A stretch of 64,000 bases of DNA from an uncultured Verrucomicrobiae bacterium (GTDB lineage: Bacteria > Verrucomicrobiota > Verrucomicrobiia > Chthoniobacterales > UBA10450): the NCBI GenBank assembly GCA_963735805.1, contig CAVTMK010000002.1:288001-352000 (forward strand), read 5' to 3'. This document shows positions 49,701-60,752 of this stretch, in pieces. Every line of letters begins with the position of its first letter. The stretch's first letter is position 1. The translations under genes and the position numbers were made by a program. Under the pieces are notes generated by a model, which made no database searches, was not told where the DNA came from, and saw nothing but the letters and a program-made list of their open reading frames with translations.

Positions 49701-50012
49701 GCCGGCTCGAAAGTTCTCCATTCTGTCGATGCCAAGCTCGTGGATCTTGGAACAATCAAATCCCGCCGGAACGAGCGGGCTGACATATTGGGACCTGGTG
49801 GTAATCTGGTACATTTGCGCAGTGCGCGCATAGGAGGGGGCGCCGACAGCTGGTCCGGAGGGGTTTTTCGCTGTGGCGAGCATGCCCAGGGCGAGCAGAG
49901 GGACGCCGGCCAGCGCTACGAACAGACCGATTAAGACACGCAGATTAAAGAACCCGCCTTCGCCGAGGCTACGGCGGGCAGGTGCGGATTGCGAAGTGGA
50001 TTTCTTTTTCAT
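46727..50012 (-). CDS. Large secreted protein (BNR/Asp-box beta-propeller + Ig-like domains + PT/Pro-Arg tail), +1 frameshift near 48360
   Basis: Track ORFs 48312..50012 and 46727..48361 join (…[20 protein letters not shown]…); span 3286 = 3n+1; repeated STDGG/STDNG.TW Asp-boxes; ends [14 protein letters not shown]. Confidence 0.75.
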
Positions 50013-50189
50013 AAGCGGATTTTAGAGTGAAGTGGAGTTTGAAGTCTGAAGCATCGCTTCTAACCGAAATCCCGGAAGCGCGTCAACACTTTTTTATTTT
50101 TTAGTCTTCTCGTTCCGCGCTCGTTTAAGCCAACCGGTGCGAAACCCAGATTCCGTATGCGCCAGTCATCTCACCATTTTCCAGGGAAG

Positions 50190-50430
50190 CGCCTCGACAT
50201 CCGTCACGACGGGCAAGCTCTGAGGCGGCTACAGATCGGGGATATTGTAGCCACGGCGCTGCGTCGCCGTGTCGTTGGGGAGCAACTATATGCTTCCTTT
50301 AGCCGCGCGTCGCTGACCGCGGCAAATTCGTAGGGTGGTAGGTGTTGTGGCGGCAGGCGTGTCGCCTGCAACGTCTGAAGCAACCGACACGTTGCCACCA
50401 CAGGTACCGGGGTCGGCGACCCCGGCTACA
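50190..50430. repeat. Cluster of REP-type palindromes (several subfamilies)
   Basis: CGCCTCGAC...GAGGCGGCTACA, TGTAGCCACGGCGCTGCGTCGCCGTG, GCAGGCGTGTCGCCTGC, CCGGGGTCGGCGACCCCGGCTACA. Confidence 0.75.
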
Positions 50431-50454
50431 ACAGTTCACAGATCACTATCCACT

Positions 50455-52094
50455 TTATCCCGGTGGCGTCGGCCGAGGACGCGGGGTCGGGCGAGGTCTT
50501 GGTGTAGCTCTTGGTGTAGCAGTCGGAGTTACAGTTGGCGATACCGTTGGCGTCGGTGTCGGTGTTATTATGGGCGTGGGAGTCGGCGTAGCCGTAGGTG
50601 TAGCTGTTGCCGTGGGGGTCGGAGTGGGAGTTGGCGTAGGAGTTGGCGTAGGTTGAGGCGGTAACTGAATCAACTCGATGCGTCCGCCGCTGCCGAACTG
50701 GTTAGCGTGAACGTGCTTGGAGCTGCCTGCCACGTATTGGCCGTCAGCCGACACGTCGACACCGAACGCCGAGCCGGGGAAGTCGATCTGACCGATCAGT
50801 TGCACGTTGCGATTAAAGACCATTACCTCCGGCCAGTCATGAAACTCTGTCCCCCATGAAGCGAAAGCCATGACCGTTCCGTTGTCGTTAGATTCGGCGC
50901 CAACTGGCGTGCCTTGATACTGGCCGGTGCCGGACACCGGATAGGAACCGATCATCTGGGCACTGGCCACATCGAACAGGTCCACCTCGCCCGACAGCCA
51001 GTTCGTATAATTCGCGCCAAAAGAACCCACGGTAGAGCCATCGCGTGACACTGTGCACGCACCACCGAACCAGGTACTAGCCAGAGCGAAGTGAATCACA
51101 TGCTGGTATGTGGTTCCGTCAAACTTGTAAACGTCCAGGCCGAACCCATCAGTGACAAACACATTCCCATCCCCTGAAATCCGGTAAAAAATGTTACCAG
51201 CGCCGGTGCCGGCGACGCTAAATGTGACCGTGCCATTACTGGTATCGACCAGGGCGGCGAGATTGTCCTGTGTGACAAGTGCGATCGAGCCGTTGTCGGT
51301 CAGCTCCACAGCATCCATCCGAACCGAATCCGTCCATGTCGATCTAATCTCGCCGGTGTCAGCTTCGAAGACATAGAGCGTGGAGTTCTGCGTTACTGAA
51401 TCGCTAACAACAGCGGCAACCGTAGAACCATCATAAGATACGGCGACCTTCCTGGAGCTGGCCGGCAGATTCGGATCGCTGACTGGAAACGTAAACGACC
51501 AGTCCGGTATGCCGTTACTTGTGGACCTAAAGCCATGGATCCGGAAATCGTTTCCCGCCGCATTCGATTCCATAAAAGCCATACGATCGGCGCCCTTGGC
51601 AGAGGCAACACCTGAATTGCCGTCACCAAAGGACGAGAACTCAAAGTCGGGTGTGCCATCGCCGAGAATCGGGTAGGCACTGAGTCGGGCGCCCTGAAGC
51701 GTCCATGCGCCCCATACATCATTCGCGTCGATGGAAACGCCATCCGCGATGGCGTTGTCGTCATCGACTAACCAAAGCGTGTTTCCGCGCGGTCCCAGGC
51801 CGAGCCGCTCTGGGATCGCTCGAGCTGCAGGTTGCGCCTGCGAAGCGTTGCGGTTCTCGGTGAATACTCCTTGAGGTGTGACTCGCGCGAGAGTCGCCCT
51901 GGTTGATTGTCCCGATAGGAGTGCCCCTCGGCGCGGTCGATTCACTCGAATGGGTGCGCAATTCGCGTCCGTCACCTTTGGATGGATTTGCGGTCGACGA
52001 ACAGCGCCACAAAGACGCTTGTCGCCAGGATCAGCAGAGTGATTGAAACGGGACGGTTAAAGAACGTGGAGTGTGGAGCGCGTTTCTTTTTCAT
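50455..52094 (-). CDS. Secreted beta-propeller protein with PT/Pro-Arg tail, two apparent frameshifts near 52000 and 51900
   Basis: Signal peptide [23 protein letters not shown] from ATG 52094 in a different frame from the main ORF (span 3n+2); WD-like [23 protein letters not shown]; ends [15 protein letters not shown]. Confidence 0.7.
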
Positions 52095-52505
52095 AGATTA
52101 AGTTTCGGATACGCCGATCATTTTGGTTTTGTTTGAGAACGCTCGTCAACAAGTTTCATCGGTTCGGCATTGTAGGGCGCAACCCTACTGAGTGGCCGCA
52201 GTTAGTGGGCCTATTCAGCGTCTGCCGTGCTGTAGCCGCGTGTCGCTAAGCGCGGCAACCGGATAGCGGATATTCTGACGGCAGGCGTGTCGCCTGCAAC
52301 GTCTAATCAACCGACAGGGGTGGGTCGTCGACCGTTCCGCCTGCGGTGCAAAGGTGGATCGGCGTCTCTGAAGACGTGAGAAAGGTAGATCACCAAAGGC
52401 GCAAATATATGTCAGGCGGTGGAGCGCACTTCACTCCCAACGCGGTGAGGACAACGCGTTCCACTTGTTAAGCCCAGTGAGAGCTACGATTAATGACTAT
52501 CCTGA

Positions 52506-54227
52506 TCACTTGGCGATTGGGACGCGGATGCGGGGACGGCCGAGCAGGCCTGGGGTTGGAATAGGCCTCGGTGTCGGAGTAGTTGTTGGTGACGGCATCG
52601 GTGTTGCCGTGGGCGTTGAAGTAGAAGTAGGTGTAGCTGTGGCGCTGGGTGTCGCTGTGGGTGTTGGTGTCGCCGTCGGCGTTACGCAAGGGGTTAGCAC
52701 GTATGTGCGCGACACGTTCTGTGGAGGGGAATCAGGCGGACAAATGCAGAAGTCTTCGGTGTAAAATCCCAGGTTGCCGTTTCCCTGGACGCCCGACACC
52801 CACTGACGTTCCGCGAAGATGGGTGGCGTCAGCGTGCTCATGATCACGTCGAAGCGCTGGTTTGGATCGTTCTCATACAGACGGACTTCAAAATTCTGCG
52901 GCGCCGTTTGATCGTTAAACAGCACTGTGCGCCATTCCACGTTGAAGACGCGATTCGGGGCGCTGCCTGTCACGGAAGTAAAGACGCCGCATGCGCCCCC
53001 TGGGAAACTCGCGCAACCGGGCGCGCCTGCAGAGGTAAGTTGGTCCTGCCATAAGGCGAAGATGGTATTGTCATACGGCAGACCGGTGAAATAATTGGGC
53101 GGCGATGGCAGACACGCTGTGATAAAGCCGCCGGGTTCGTTTGCGTTAACAAAGTCCAGACGACCATTGGAGCTGACGTTCATCCCGGTATAGGTCGTGC
53201 CGTACAACTGGAAGTTAAAAGGCAATTGGATAAACGTGTCGCATTCGTCGCAATCGCTGCCGATGTTTGTGTTACCGGGCACGAGCCGGTCTGTTCCCTG
53301 AGTTATAACGTACTGGTTAGGGCATCCCTGCGCCGTGTAGTCCCCGGAGAAGGCGTCCCCAGGGTTTCCAGATTGATTCGTGATCGCGCGTCTGGCAATG
53401 CTCGTGGTAAAGTTACCTGCGGATCCGCCATTCGTTTGTTCAACCGCGCGCACAAACATGGCCCGGTAGAGCGGGAACACATTTTGTATGGGAGCCCACA
53501 AATTATCGATGTTGCTAAACCAGTAGCCGTTACCGGAGCCGGGCCCATTTTCATCGGACGACATGTACACCTCGGCCAGGCTGTCCGACGACCAGCGCGC
53601 GCCGATGTACACGCTCCCGTCATTGACGAGGATGTTCAGCGAAGAGATATCAAAGCTGTTCCACTCAGGCGTTTGATCGGGGAAGATCGGGATATTCGTG
53701 ACCGTAACCGGGATAGCCCCCAGCTGAGTGCCCGGGCTCCCACCTGGCCCGTCGTCGTCAAAGACAACTATCTCGATGGGGTACGACATCGGACCTGCAC
53801 ACAGCCTGTTAAACGCAACGCACACCGACGTATAAGTGCTTGGATAGGTGGTTGGCGTAAACTTGTCCGCATAGATTGCCGTTATTCCCGGCCCGCCGCC
53901 GTACCCGTTCTCGACCGTACCATCATCATGGATCACAATACCGGGCGCGTTATCGCAGTCGATGCCGCTGGGAACCTGTTTGATCGACAGAGCAGGACGG
54001 GGTTCCGGTTGTTTTGACGCCTGATGGCGGTTCTTAACACTATCTGCGACTGTATAAACCGGTGGGCTTATTGGTTGTAGCTGCTCCCGCGAGGAACTCA
54101 GAAAAGTTACAGTTCCCGCGTCATGCCCTCGTTGTCCGTGTGTGGATGGGATCACCCAGAGAACGAGCGCCAACCACAGAAGCACCAGAATACTTCGAAC
54201 AACGGAGGCTCTAACAGGGCTGTTCAT
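52506..54227 (-). CDS. Secreted multi-domain protein with PT tail (tail probably -1 frameshifted at the G-run near 52552)
   Basis: Signal peptide MNSPVRASVVRSILVLLWL; LPFNFQLYG..Y....VSSNG module; alternative frame gives PRPARPSPHPRP as in the 54657 gene. Confidence 0.7.
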   Translation of the reverse strand: MNSPVRASVVRSILVLLWLALVLWVIPSTHGQRGHDAGTVTFLSSSREQLQPISPPVYTVADSVKNRHQASKQPEPRPALSIKQVPSGIDCDNAPGIVIHDDGTVENGYGGGPGITAIYADKFTPTTYPSTYTSVCVAFNRLCAGPMSYPIEIVVFDDDGPGGSPGTQLGAIPVTVTNIPIFPDQTPEWNSFDISSLNILVNDGSVYIGARWSSDSLAEVYMSSDENGPGSGNGYWFSNIDNLWAPIQNVFPLYRAMFVRAVEQTNGGSAGNFTTSIARRAITNQSGNPGDAFSGDYTAQGCPNQYVITQGTDRLVPGNTNIGSDCDECDTFIQLPFNFQLYGTTYTGMNVSSNGRLDFVNANEPGGFITACLPSPPNYFTGLPYDNTIFALWQDQLTSAGAPGCASFPGGACGVFTSVTGSAPNRVFNVEWRTVLFNDQTAPQNFEVRLYENDPNQRFDVIMSTLTPPIFAERQWVSGVQGNGNLGFYTEDFCICPPDSPPQNVSRTYVLTPCVTPTATPTPTATPSATATPTSTSTPTATPMPSPTTTPTPRPIPTPGLLGRPRIRVPIAK

Positions 54228-54656
54228 TTGTTTTTCCCGATAAGCTTGCTCTCGTGCGTACTCAACCTTGTTGTGGCTGATTCTATTCACCTACGTACTG
54301 AATGAAATTCGGCAAGAGGTTATTCAAAATTTGGATTTTTTCTTTAAGAAAACTGCTCATACCTCGTCACCGGCCCACCACGGGTAAGCGATGAGGCGGG
54401 TCGCTGATCACGGCAAATATGTGATGGTGTGTTGCGCTGCCGTGCCGGGGTCAGCGACCCCGGCTACAGTGGCGGGCTAACCTGCGCCTGCGATTTTCAG
54501 CACTTGTAGGGCGTCTGTGTCAGACGCCGGGACTCTCGCCAACGCGTTGAGGACAACGCGTTCCACCCCGGCAAGCCAGTGCGTTAGAAAGTCGCCGCGT
54601 CGACGTTCCCACCTTGCCAAGCTCAGTGAGAGTTACAACGAATCGCTATCCTATCA

Positions 54657-56804
54657 CTATGGCCGAATGGGGCGCGGATGCGGGGACGGCCGAGCAGGTC
54701 TGGGTGTTGGAATAGGTCGCGGGGTCGGGGTAGGAGTAGCTGTTGGTGGTGGAGTCGGTGTTATCGTCGGAGTTGCAGTCGGCGTGATGGAAGGTGTAGG
54801 CGATGGGGTTTGTGTCGGTGTCGGTGTTAATGTCGGAGTTGCAGTGGCACTTGGAGTAGCACTCGGTGTCGCCGTTGGGGTCGCGTCCGACTGGGCAGGA
54901 GCAAGGATTTGAACCGAAACCGGAGAGCCCGTTTTAAAGAACTGGATGTTCGCAGTGCTAGCCTCCGGCGGCGCGGTGGAATCAAATCGGAAATTGTACA
55001 ATGTGCCGAAGCGAATCGCGTTGGCATTCTGGTTTTGCGCAAATGTCTCGCAGTTCCAGGTGGCAGACGTGAAACTGTTAGTGAAGGTCCAGGGCTCGCT
55101 GCTATATCCAGCGTCTCCCTGCGTTCCATCATGCGCGAATCCAGGGTGCTGAGGCGGCGCGTGGAACCCAACGTTGTCCAACACTATCGGCGGGAAAAAG
55201 GGGTAAACGACTTCGAATGACTGAATGGCGCGGTCCAGGTTCTGGTTATAGACGGCATATTCATAATGCCACACCCCGGCGTCTGGCCCTGTCACCTTGT
55301 AACCAACGAAGAAGATACCATCATTGCCCGGATCGGGCTCGACTTGGGTCACCGTTGCGTCAGTCCACGCCTCAATGGCCGGTTGCTCTCGCACAGTGTT
55401 CCCGACGAAATTGAAGGAGAACGGCTGGTTGACTCCAATTACGTTGACCTGGCGGTACGAAGCGTTGTTATACATGTTGCACTGATCCGGATGAGTCTGG
55501 CACCAGGTGCCTTCGTCCGGCACTATGTATTCCGCTTCAGCAAAATAGGTCGCCCCCGGGTTCATCGTTGTGCTCAAGTCCTTAACGTCAACCAGGATCC
55601 GATGAGAGGTTACGTCGTGGTTATGGCCGGTGTGATCGTTCGGGTCTGGGTTCTCCGCGAAGAAGCCGGTGAACGGATTCACCCAGGCCCGGGAACCGAT
55701 CAGGTCCTGGATACCGTTCAAACCAGCGCCGTATGCGTCAGAGCAACCGGAGCCAAGATGATCGCCACCTACTCCGTTGCAGCCGAAGTTGCATGTGTTT
55801 GCCGATGCCGCCGCAAACGCATGCTTACCCCAGGACTGTCCGATTTGTTCGAAGCGCTCGGTGTTATCTTCCCGGCCACTCATTCGATAAAGATTCTGAG
55901 GGATAAAAGGGTGATTGTTATCCGGTAAGGCAACCCAACCCACGTTCTCAGTCCCTTTATTACAGGCATCAGTGCCCAACGCGAGGCCGACGCGGCCGTC
56001 GACAGAACCATTCTCCATTTGCACGAAGTCAATCAGGTCGCCCACGATCACATCCGGGCCGGGAACTGTCCCAACGCTAGGTTGGTGCAGCGCTGGGAGT
56101 GTTTCGGATTTTATATCGCCGTTCTGATCGAGACGTGTGATCTCGATCGGTTGCATGGTTGCGCCGACGGAGATTTTTCCAACGATTGCACCGGCATCCG
56201 ATGGTCTGCCAAGCGCGTCGGCGAACTGTTTTGAAATGAGAAGTCTGCCACCCGTAATGCTGAGCGATTGTGCTTTGGAATCGTAATTGTACTGGTGCCC
56301 TTCGACATTAAAAAAGGTGAACCCCGTATTGCCGTCGCGAACCACCAGATCGAAACCCTGGCCTGAAGGAAGCTTGTCGAGCACCAGCTGCCCGAGAGAT
56401 GCGCCTAACGATTCGGGCAAATCGTAGTCGGACGTGTCAACCCCGGCGGGGATCAAGGTCATTGATCCCGGCTCGGCGCCTCGCAACAGATTGTTAAACA
56501 CCAGGACAGAAAGGAAGGAATTGGCCGCCGCAGCAAATTGCAGGGTGATTGGTCTTGCCACCAGAGAGCTATCTCCATTGAACCCGTTGAGATCGAGATT
56601 CATGGTAACGCTTCCATTCTCCACGATCATTTTTTGAAGAGTGCCGGTCGTGGGGGTTGTAGCCATGGCAGAGCCTGCTCGCTGCGGCGAGTGCGCCGTG
56701 CGGGTTGAGGGTCGCGCTAAAACGTCCCGCAGGGGCGTGGTTACAGTGATTGCCACAAGCGCGGCTAAGGGAAGCGTGAGAACGATCAGTCTTTTCTTTA
56801 ACAT
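54657..56804 (-). CDS. Secreted Cys-rich protein, paralog B (lysyl-oxidase-like core)
   Basis: GPDVIVGDL...ACNKG...QSWGKHAF...SGCSDAY...DHTGHNHD; ends PRPARPSPHPRPIRP. Confidence 0.8.
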   Translation of the reverse strand: MLKKRLIVLTLPLAALVAITVTTPLRDVLARPSTRTAHSPQRAGSAMATTPTTGTLQKMIVENGSVTMNLDLNGFNGDSSLVARPITLQFAAAANSFLSVLVFNNLLRGAEPGSMTLIPAGVDTSDYDLPESLGASLGQLVLDKLPSGQGFDLVVRDGNTGFTFFNVEGHQYNYDSKAQSLSITGGRLLISKQFADALGRPSDAGAIVGKISVGATMQPIEITRLDQNGDIKSETLPALHQPSVGTVPGPDVIVGDLIDFVQMENGSVDGRVGLALGTDACNKGTENVGWVALPDNNHPFIPQNLYRMSGREDNTERFEQIGQSWGKHAFAAASANTCNFGCNGVGGDHLGSGCSDAYGAGLNGIQDLIGSRAWVNPFTGFFAENPDPNDHTGHNHDVTSHRILVDVKDLSTTMNPGATYFAEAEYIVPDEGTWCQTHPDQCNMYNNASYRQVNVIGVNQPFSFNFVGNTVREQPAIEAWTDATVTQVEPDPGNDGIFFVGYKVTGPDAGVWHYEYAVYNQNLDRAIQSFEVVYPFFPPIVLDNVGFHAPPQHPGFAHDGTQGDAGYSSEPWTFTNSFTSATWNCETFAQNQNANAIRFGTLYNFRFDSTAPPEASTANIQFFKTGSPVSVQILAPAQSDATPTATPSATPSATATPTLTPTPTQTPSPTPSITPTATPTITPTPPPTATPTPTPRPIPTPRPARPSPHPRPIRP

Positions 56805-56940
56805 GGCTTATTCTCCAGGGTTACTTCGCCCGCCTTCGTCAAACCAACGGCGTAGCAGGCCGTTTGATCAAGGTCACGACGGGAGTTCTCCCTTTTCTCA
56901 TGACAGCCCGGCGCAAGCCAAGCAAAAAATTTCGGAATTT

Positions 56941-57042
56941 TGTAGCCACGGCTGCAGCGCCTCGACATCCGCGACGGCGGGCAAGCGATGAGGCGGCTAT
57001 AAAGCCATGCGGATTGTTGTAGCCACGGCGCTGCGCCGCCGT
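56941..57042. repeat. REP elements downstream of RAYT
   Basis: TGTAGCCACGGC, CGCCTCGAC...GAGGCGGCTA, TGTAGCCACGGCGCTGCGCCGCCGTG. Confidence 0.75.
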
Positions 57043-57059
57043 GTTTTGGGAGCCTTCAG

Positions 57060-57545
57060 CTAGTCGAAAGGAATTCGAAGGATTTCTCCCTGGTATGGCC
57101 AGGCGTCCGGTGTATCGGACAATTTTGCTCGTACGGGGTTCATACGTACGTACTCCCATTTCACCGAGTAACTTTCCTGACTGCGTAACAGATGATCGAA
57201 AAAGCCTTCCTGCCAGTGTGGCTTGTGAATGCCAAGTTCAAGCAATTTCTTGCCGATGACGTTGCGCAGCGATTGAACCCACATGGGCATAGTGATTCCA
57301 TGTCCCGGAAAGGCAGCAAAGAGATGAACGTGGTCGGGCATGATGACATAGCGATCAACAGCGACATCATACTGCTGGGCATTGATAGAAAAGGCGCAAA
57401 AGGTCTCATGGATTTCGTCACGTGCCAGCAGACGCCGATGTTCATACGTATTGAAGGTGACGAAGTAGAACGGACGGACATTGGCAAATAAGCGGCCGAG
57501 CCTGGGAGGGCGTCGGGGCCATCGCTTCCTATATGCGCGTGGCAT
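57060..57545 (-). mobile_element. REP-associated tyrosine transposase (RAYT, Y1/HUH, IS200/IS605 superfamily)
   Basis: YFVTF, YVIMPDHVH (HUH), WQEGFFDHLLR, EYVRMNPVRAKL, WPY; flanked both sides by GTAG-type REPs. Confidence 0.92.
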
Positions 57546-57653
57546 GGTTGGTTTTTTATCAATTGCGGCGCATGAAATCAATCGATTCGGCCACGGTATA
57601 ACTTAGCCACCACAGCCAAAGCTGCCGAAGTCGCGGAGCAAAACCGCTTCGGC

Positions 57654-57948
57654 GCCTCGACACAGCGAGGCGGCTACAAGGACACGCGGGTGATTGTAGC
57701 CACGGCGCTGCGCCGCCGTGTTTGGGGGAGAAGCCACAGCCTGGAACGCCTCGACACAGCGAGGCGGCTACAAAAGACACGCGGGTTGTTGTAGCCACGG
57801 CGCTGCGTCGCCGTGTTTTGGAAGAAGCCACACGCCTAGAACGCCTCGGCACAGCGAGGCGGCTACAGCGGACCGCTTCGACGCCCGCGACGGCAAACCT
57901 ATGACGATGATCGTAAACCCCAGCCGGGGTCAGCGCCCCCGGCTACAG
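57654..57948. repeat. BIME-like tandem REP array upstream of RAYT
   Basis: Doublets at 57695-57772 and 57790-57867 (95-nt period) with homologous linkers, plus CCGGGGTCAGCGCCCCCGGCTACA. Confidence 0.88.
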
Positions 57949-57976
57949 CTAACGATAATCCGTTATTTCCCCATCC

Positions 57977-60245
57977 TCACGGCCGCGGATGCGGAGTTGG
58001 GCGAATACGCGGTGACCGAGCCGGTCGCGGCGTGGGAGTAGGTCGCGGGGTGGGAGTTGGAGTGACTCGTTGGGGTCGGCGTGACTACAGGTGTTGCTGT
58101 CGGTGTGCTCGTCGGCGTTGGCGTAGGCGTTGGCGTAGGATTCGGAGTTGAAGTAGGAGTCGGAGTCGGAGTTGAAATTGGCGTGGCTGTAGGCGTCGCA
58201 GTAGGTGTGCCTGTCGGTGTCGGCGTTGCCGTCGCGGTGGCCGTCGGTGTTGCCGTGGGAGTCGCTGTCGGTGTGGCCGTCGGGGTAGCTGTAGCTGTAG
58301 GTGTAGGTGTAGGTGACGGACTTGGAACGCCTCCCGGCGCCTGCACGACGACAGTAATCGGTGCCCCAGTCTTAAAGAAGCCTACCGTTCCATCCGTAGG
58401 GTTTGGCCCTTGATCGGCGTCGAATCGGAAATTATAAAGCGTGCCCCAGCGAATCGCATTGGCGTTCTGATTGGTCGCAAACGTTTCCGTGTTCCAAGTG
58501 ATGGAAGTTGCGTCCTGGAGTAACGTTCCAGGGTGTGCTGCTGAAACCCAGCATCTCCCGACCGTCCCATCATGTGCCCAACCCGGGATGCTGAGGCGGT
58601 GCGTGGAAATCGATGTTACTGATATTGACTCCCTGTCCCACCGGCACGCTAAAGGATTGAATAGCGCGATCCAGGTTCTGGTTAAAGAGCGCGTACTCAT
58701 AATGCCAGATGCCGCCGTTTGGTCCTGTGACCTTATAACCCATGAACCAAGATACCGTCGTTGCCGTGATCCGGCTCAATCTGATTTACCGTCGCGTCGG
58801 CCAGGCCGTAATTGCAGGTTGCTGTCGTGACGTTTGGCGCTGGGCGTAAAACGTGAAATGTGTTGGTACCACCGTAATCGAAAACGGGCGGTAGGAGAAA
58901 TTGTTAAACATGTTGCACTGGTCTGGATGCGACTGGCACCATGTAAATTCATGCGGGGCAATGTAAGCGGCTTCGCCAAAATACTGGACACCTGAGATCA
59001 GGTCGCTCGCAATTAACCAGGATCCGGTGCGCGACACCGTTGTGGTTGTTGTCCTGCTGTGATCGTTCGAGGTGGGTTGGTTGTTTTCATCAACCCCACC
59101 GGGAAAAATCCGGTGAAAGGATTGATCCAGGCGCGAGAGCCAATTGAACCGTTGGTCGCCGTTTAGACCTGAGCCATACGGATCGGAGCAACCCGGAGCA
59201 AGATGGTCGCGTCGAGCACCGCCGGTGCATACAAGTCCCGCAAACGTGTCTTCCAATGCAAAGAACGTATGTTTCACCCATGACTGGCCGATCTGTTCGA
59301 ACCGCTCGGTGCCATCCGTACCGCCACTCATCCGATAAAGATTCTGCGGAATGACGGATGATCGGTATTGTTTGGCAACGCGAACCAATCGACTCCCACG
59401 TCGCCATTGTTACACGAGTCAGTGCCTACGGCGAAATTAAACTGCGTTTCGACGTGTCCCATTTGGGCGACGTCTTCGACCTGTCCGACAATCACATCCG
59501 GACCATGCACCGGGCCAGGACGAGTCTGCACCAATCGCATGTTGCATAGCCGGCATGACCATCGATGTGGTTTGGCCATTAACCAGGCTGGTCGATCTCT
59601 GTCGGTTGCATCGCGCGCCGACGGAGATTGTTCCAACAACTGCACCGGCGTCCGACTCTCTGCCGAGCGCGTTGGCAAATTCTTTTGAAATGAGGAGCCT
59701 GCCATTGGCGATTGCAAGCGACTGCGCCGCGGGGTCGTAGTCGTAACTGTGCCCTTCGACGTTGAAAAACGTGAACCCGGTGTTGCTATCACGCACAACG
59801 AGATCGAACGCCTGGCCTGAAGGAAGTTTTTCGACAACCTGAGCTGTTTGAAAGAGGCGCTTAACGATGCAGGCAAACTGTAGCCGGGTGCGTTTGCCCC
59901 GGCAGGGACCAAAGCCATCGAGCCCGGTTCAAGACCGCGCAACAGATCGTTAAAAATCAGAATGGGAAAGAAGGAATTGGCGCCTACAGCGAATTGCAGA
60001 GTGATGGGTCTTGCCACCAGGGAGCTGTCTCCATTCAGCGCGCTAAGATCCAGATCCATCGAGACGGTCCCGTTTTCGACGATCATCTTTTGAAGTGTGC
60101 CGGTGGGCGCGGGTCCTGTAGCCACGGCGCTCTGTCGCCGTGATTCCGTGGACGACGATCCCAGAGCGCCTCGACCCAGCGAGGCGGCTACAACCAGAAC
60201 CGAAAGTACAGAAAGCGTGACGGCGATACATTTTTTCTTAGACAT
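57977..60245 (-). pseudogene. Secreted Cys-rich protein, paralog C, broken by multiple frameshifts (pseudogene or assembly errors)
   Basis: Track fragments 59328..60245, 59437..59796, 58786..59388, 58570..58779 and 57963..58700 tile the paralog ([48 protein letters not shown]); shifted tail reads [17 protein letters not shown] ending 57977. Confidence 0.75.
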
Positions 60246-60396
60246 GATTAGTTCTCCGGGTTCTCCCCCGCCTTCGTCAAACCTACGGCCGGGAAGGCCG
60301 TTTGAGCGATGCGGCGAATAGAGCTGCTATTTGTCTCATGTCGCACCAGTGGAAGCAAAGCAAAAAATCTTAAAATTTTTTGGAGCGGCGCTGTTG

Positions 60397-60677
60397 CACA
60401 GCGAGGCGGCTACAAGGGACACGCGGATTATTGTAGCCACGGCGCTGTGTCGCCGTGTTGTCGAGAAAGCCACACCGGACGCCTCGACACCCGCCGCGGC
60501 GGGCAAGCGATGAGGCGGCTACAGGGGACACGCGGATTATTGTAGCCACGGCGCTGTGCCGCCGTGTCTGTGGGAGAAGCCACCCGCCCAGAACGCCTCG
60601 ACATAGCGAGGCGGTTACAACGTCAGGCAGCGACAAGAGATCGGCGTGACTTGTAGTCACGGCGCTGCGTCGCCGTG
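60397..60677. repeat. BIME-like tandem REP array
   Basis: Alternating ...GAGGCGGCTACA-(A/G)GGGACACGCGGATTAT-TGTAGCCACGGCGCTG..GCCGTG units. Confidence 0.88.
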
Positions 60678-60752
60678 CTCCTCAGTGCAGTATGAGTCCA
60701 AGTACAACCGATCACCAACTGCGTGATCACATCTCACGCGGAACCGGTACCG

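Noticed and set aside
51972..51974. UGA after the MKKKRAPH signal peptide as another Sec codon
   Set aside because: The downstream main ORF is in a different frame and there is no redox motif; frameshifts explain it better.
57654..57867. Regularly spaced repeats (also 60397-60677) as a CRISPR array
   Set aside because: Units are alternating inverted palindromes with homologous linkers, next to a RAYT, and no cas genes are present: REP/BIME.
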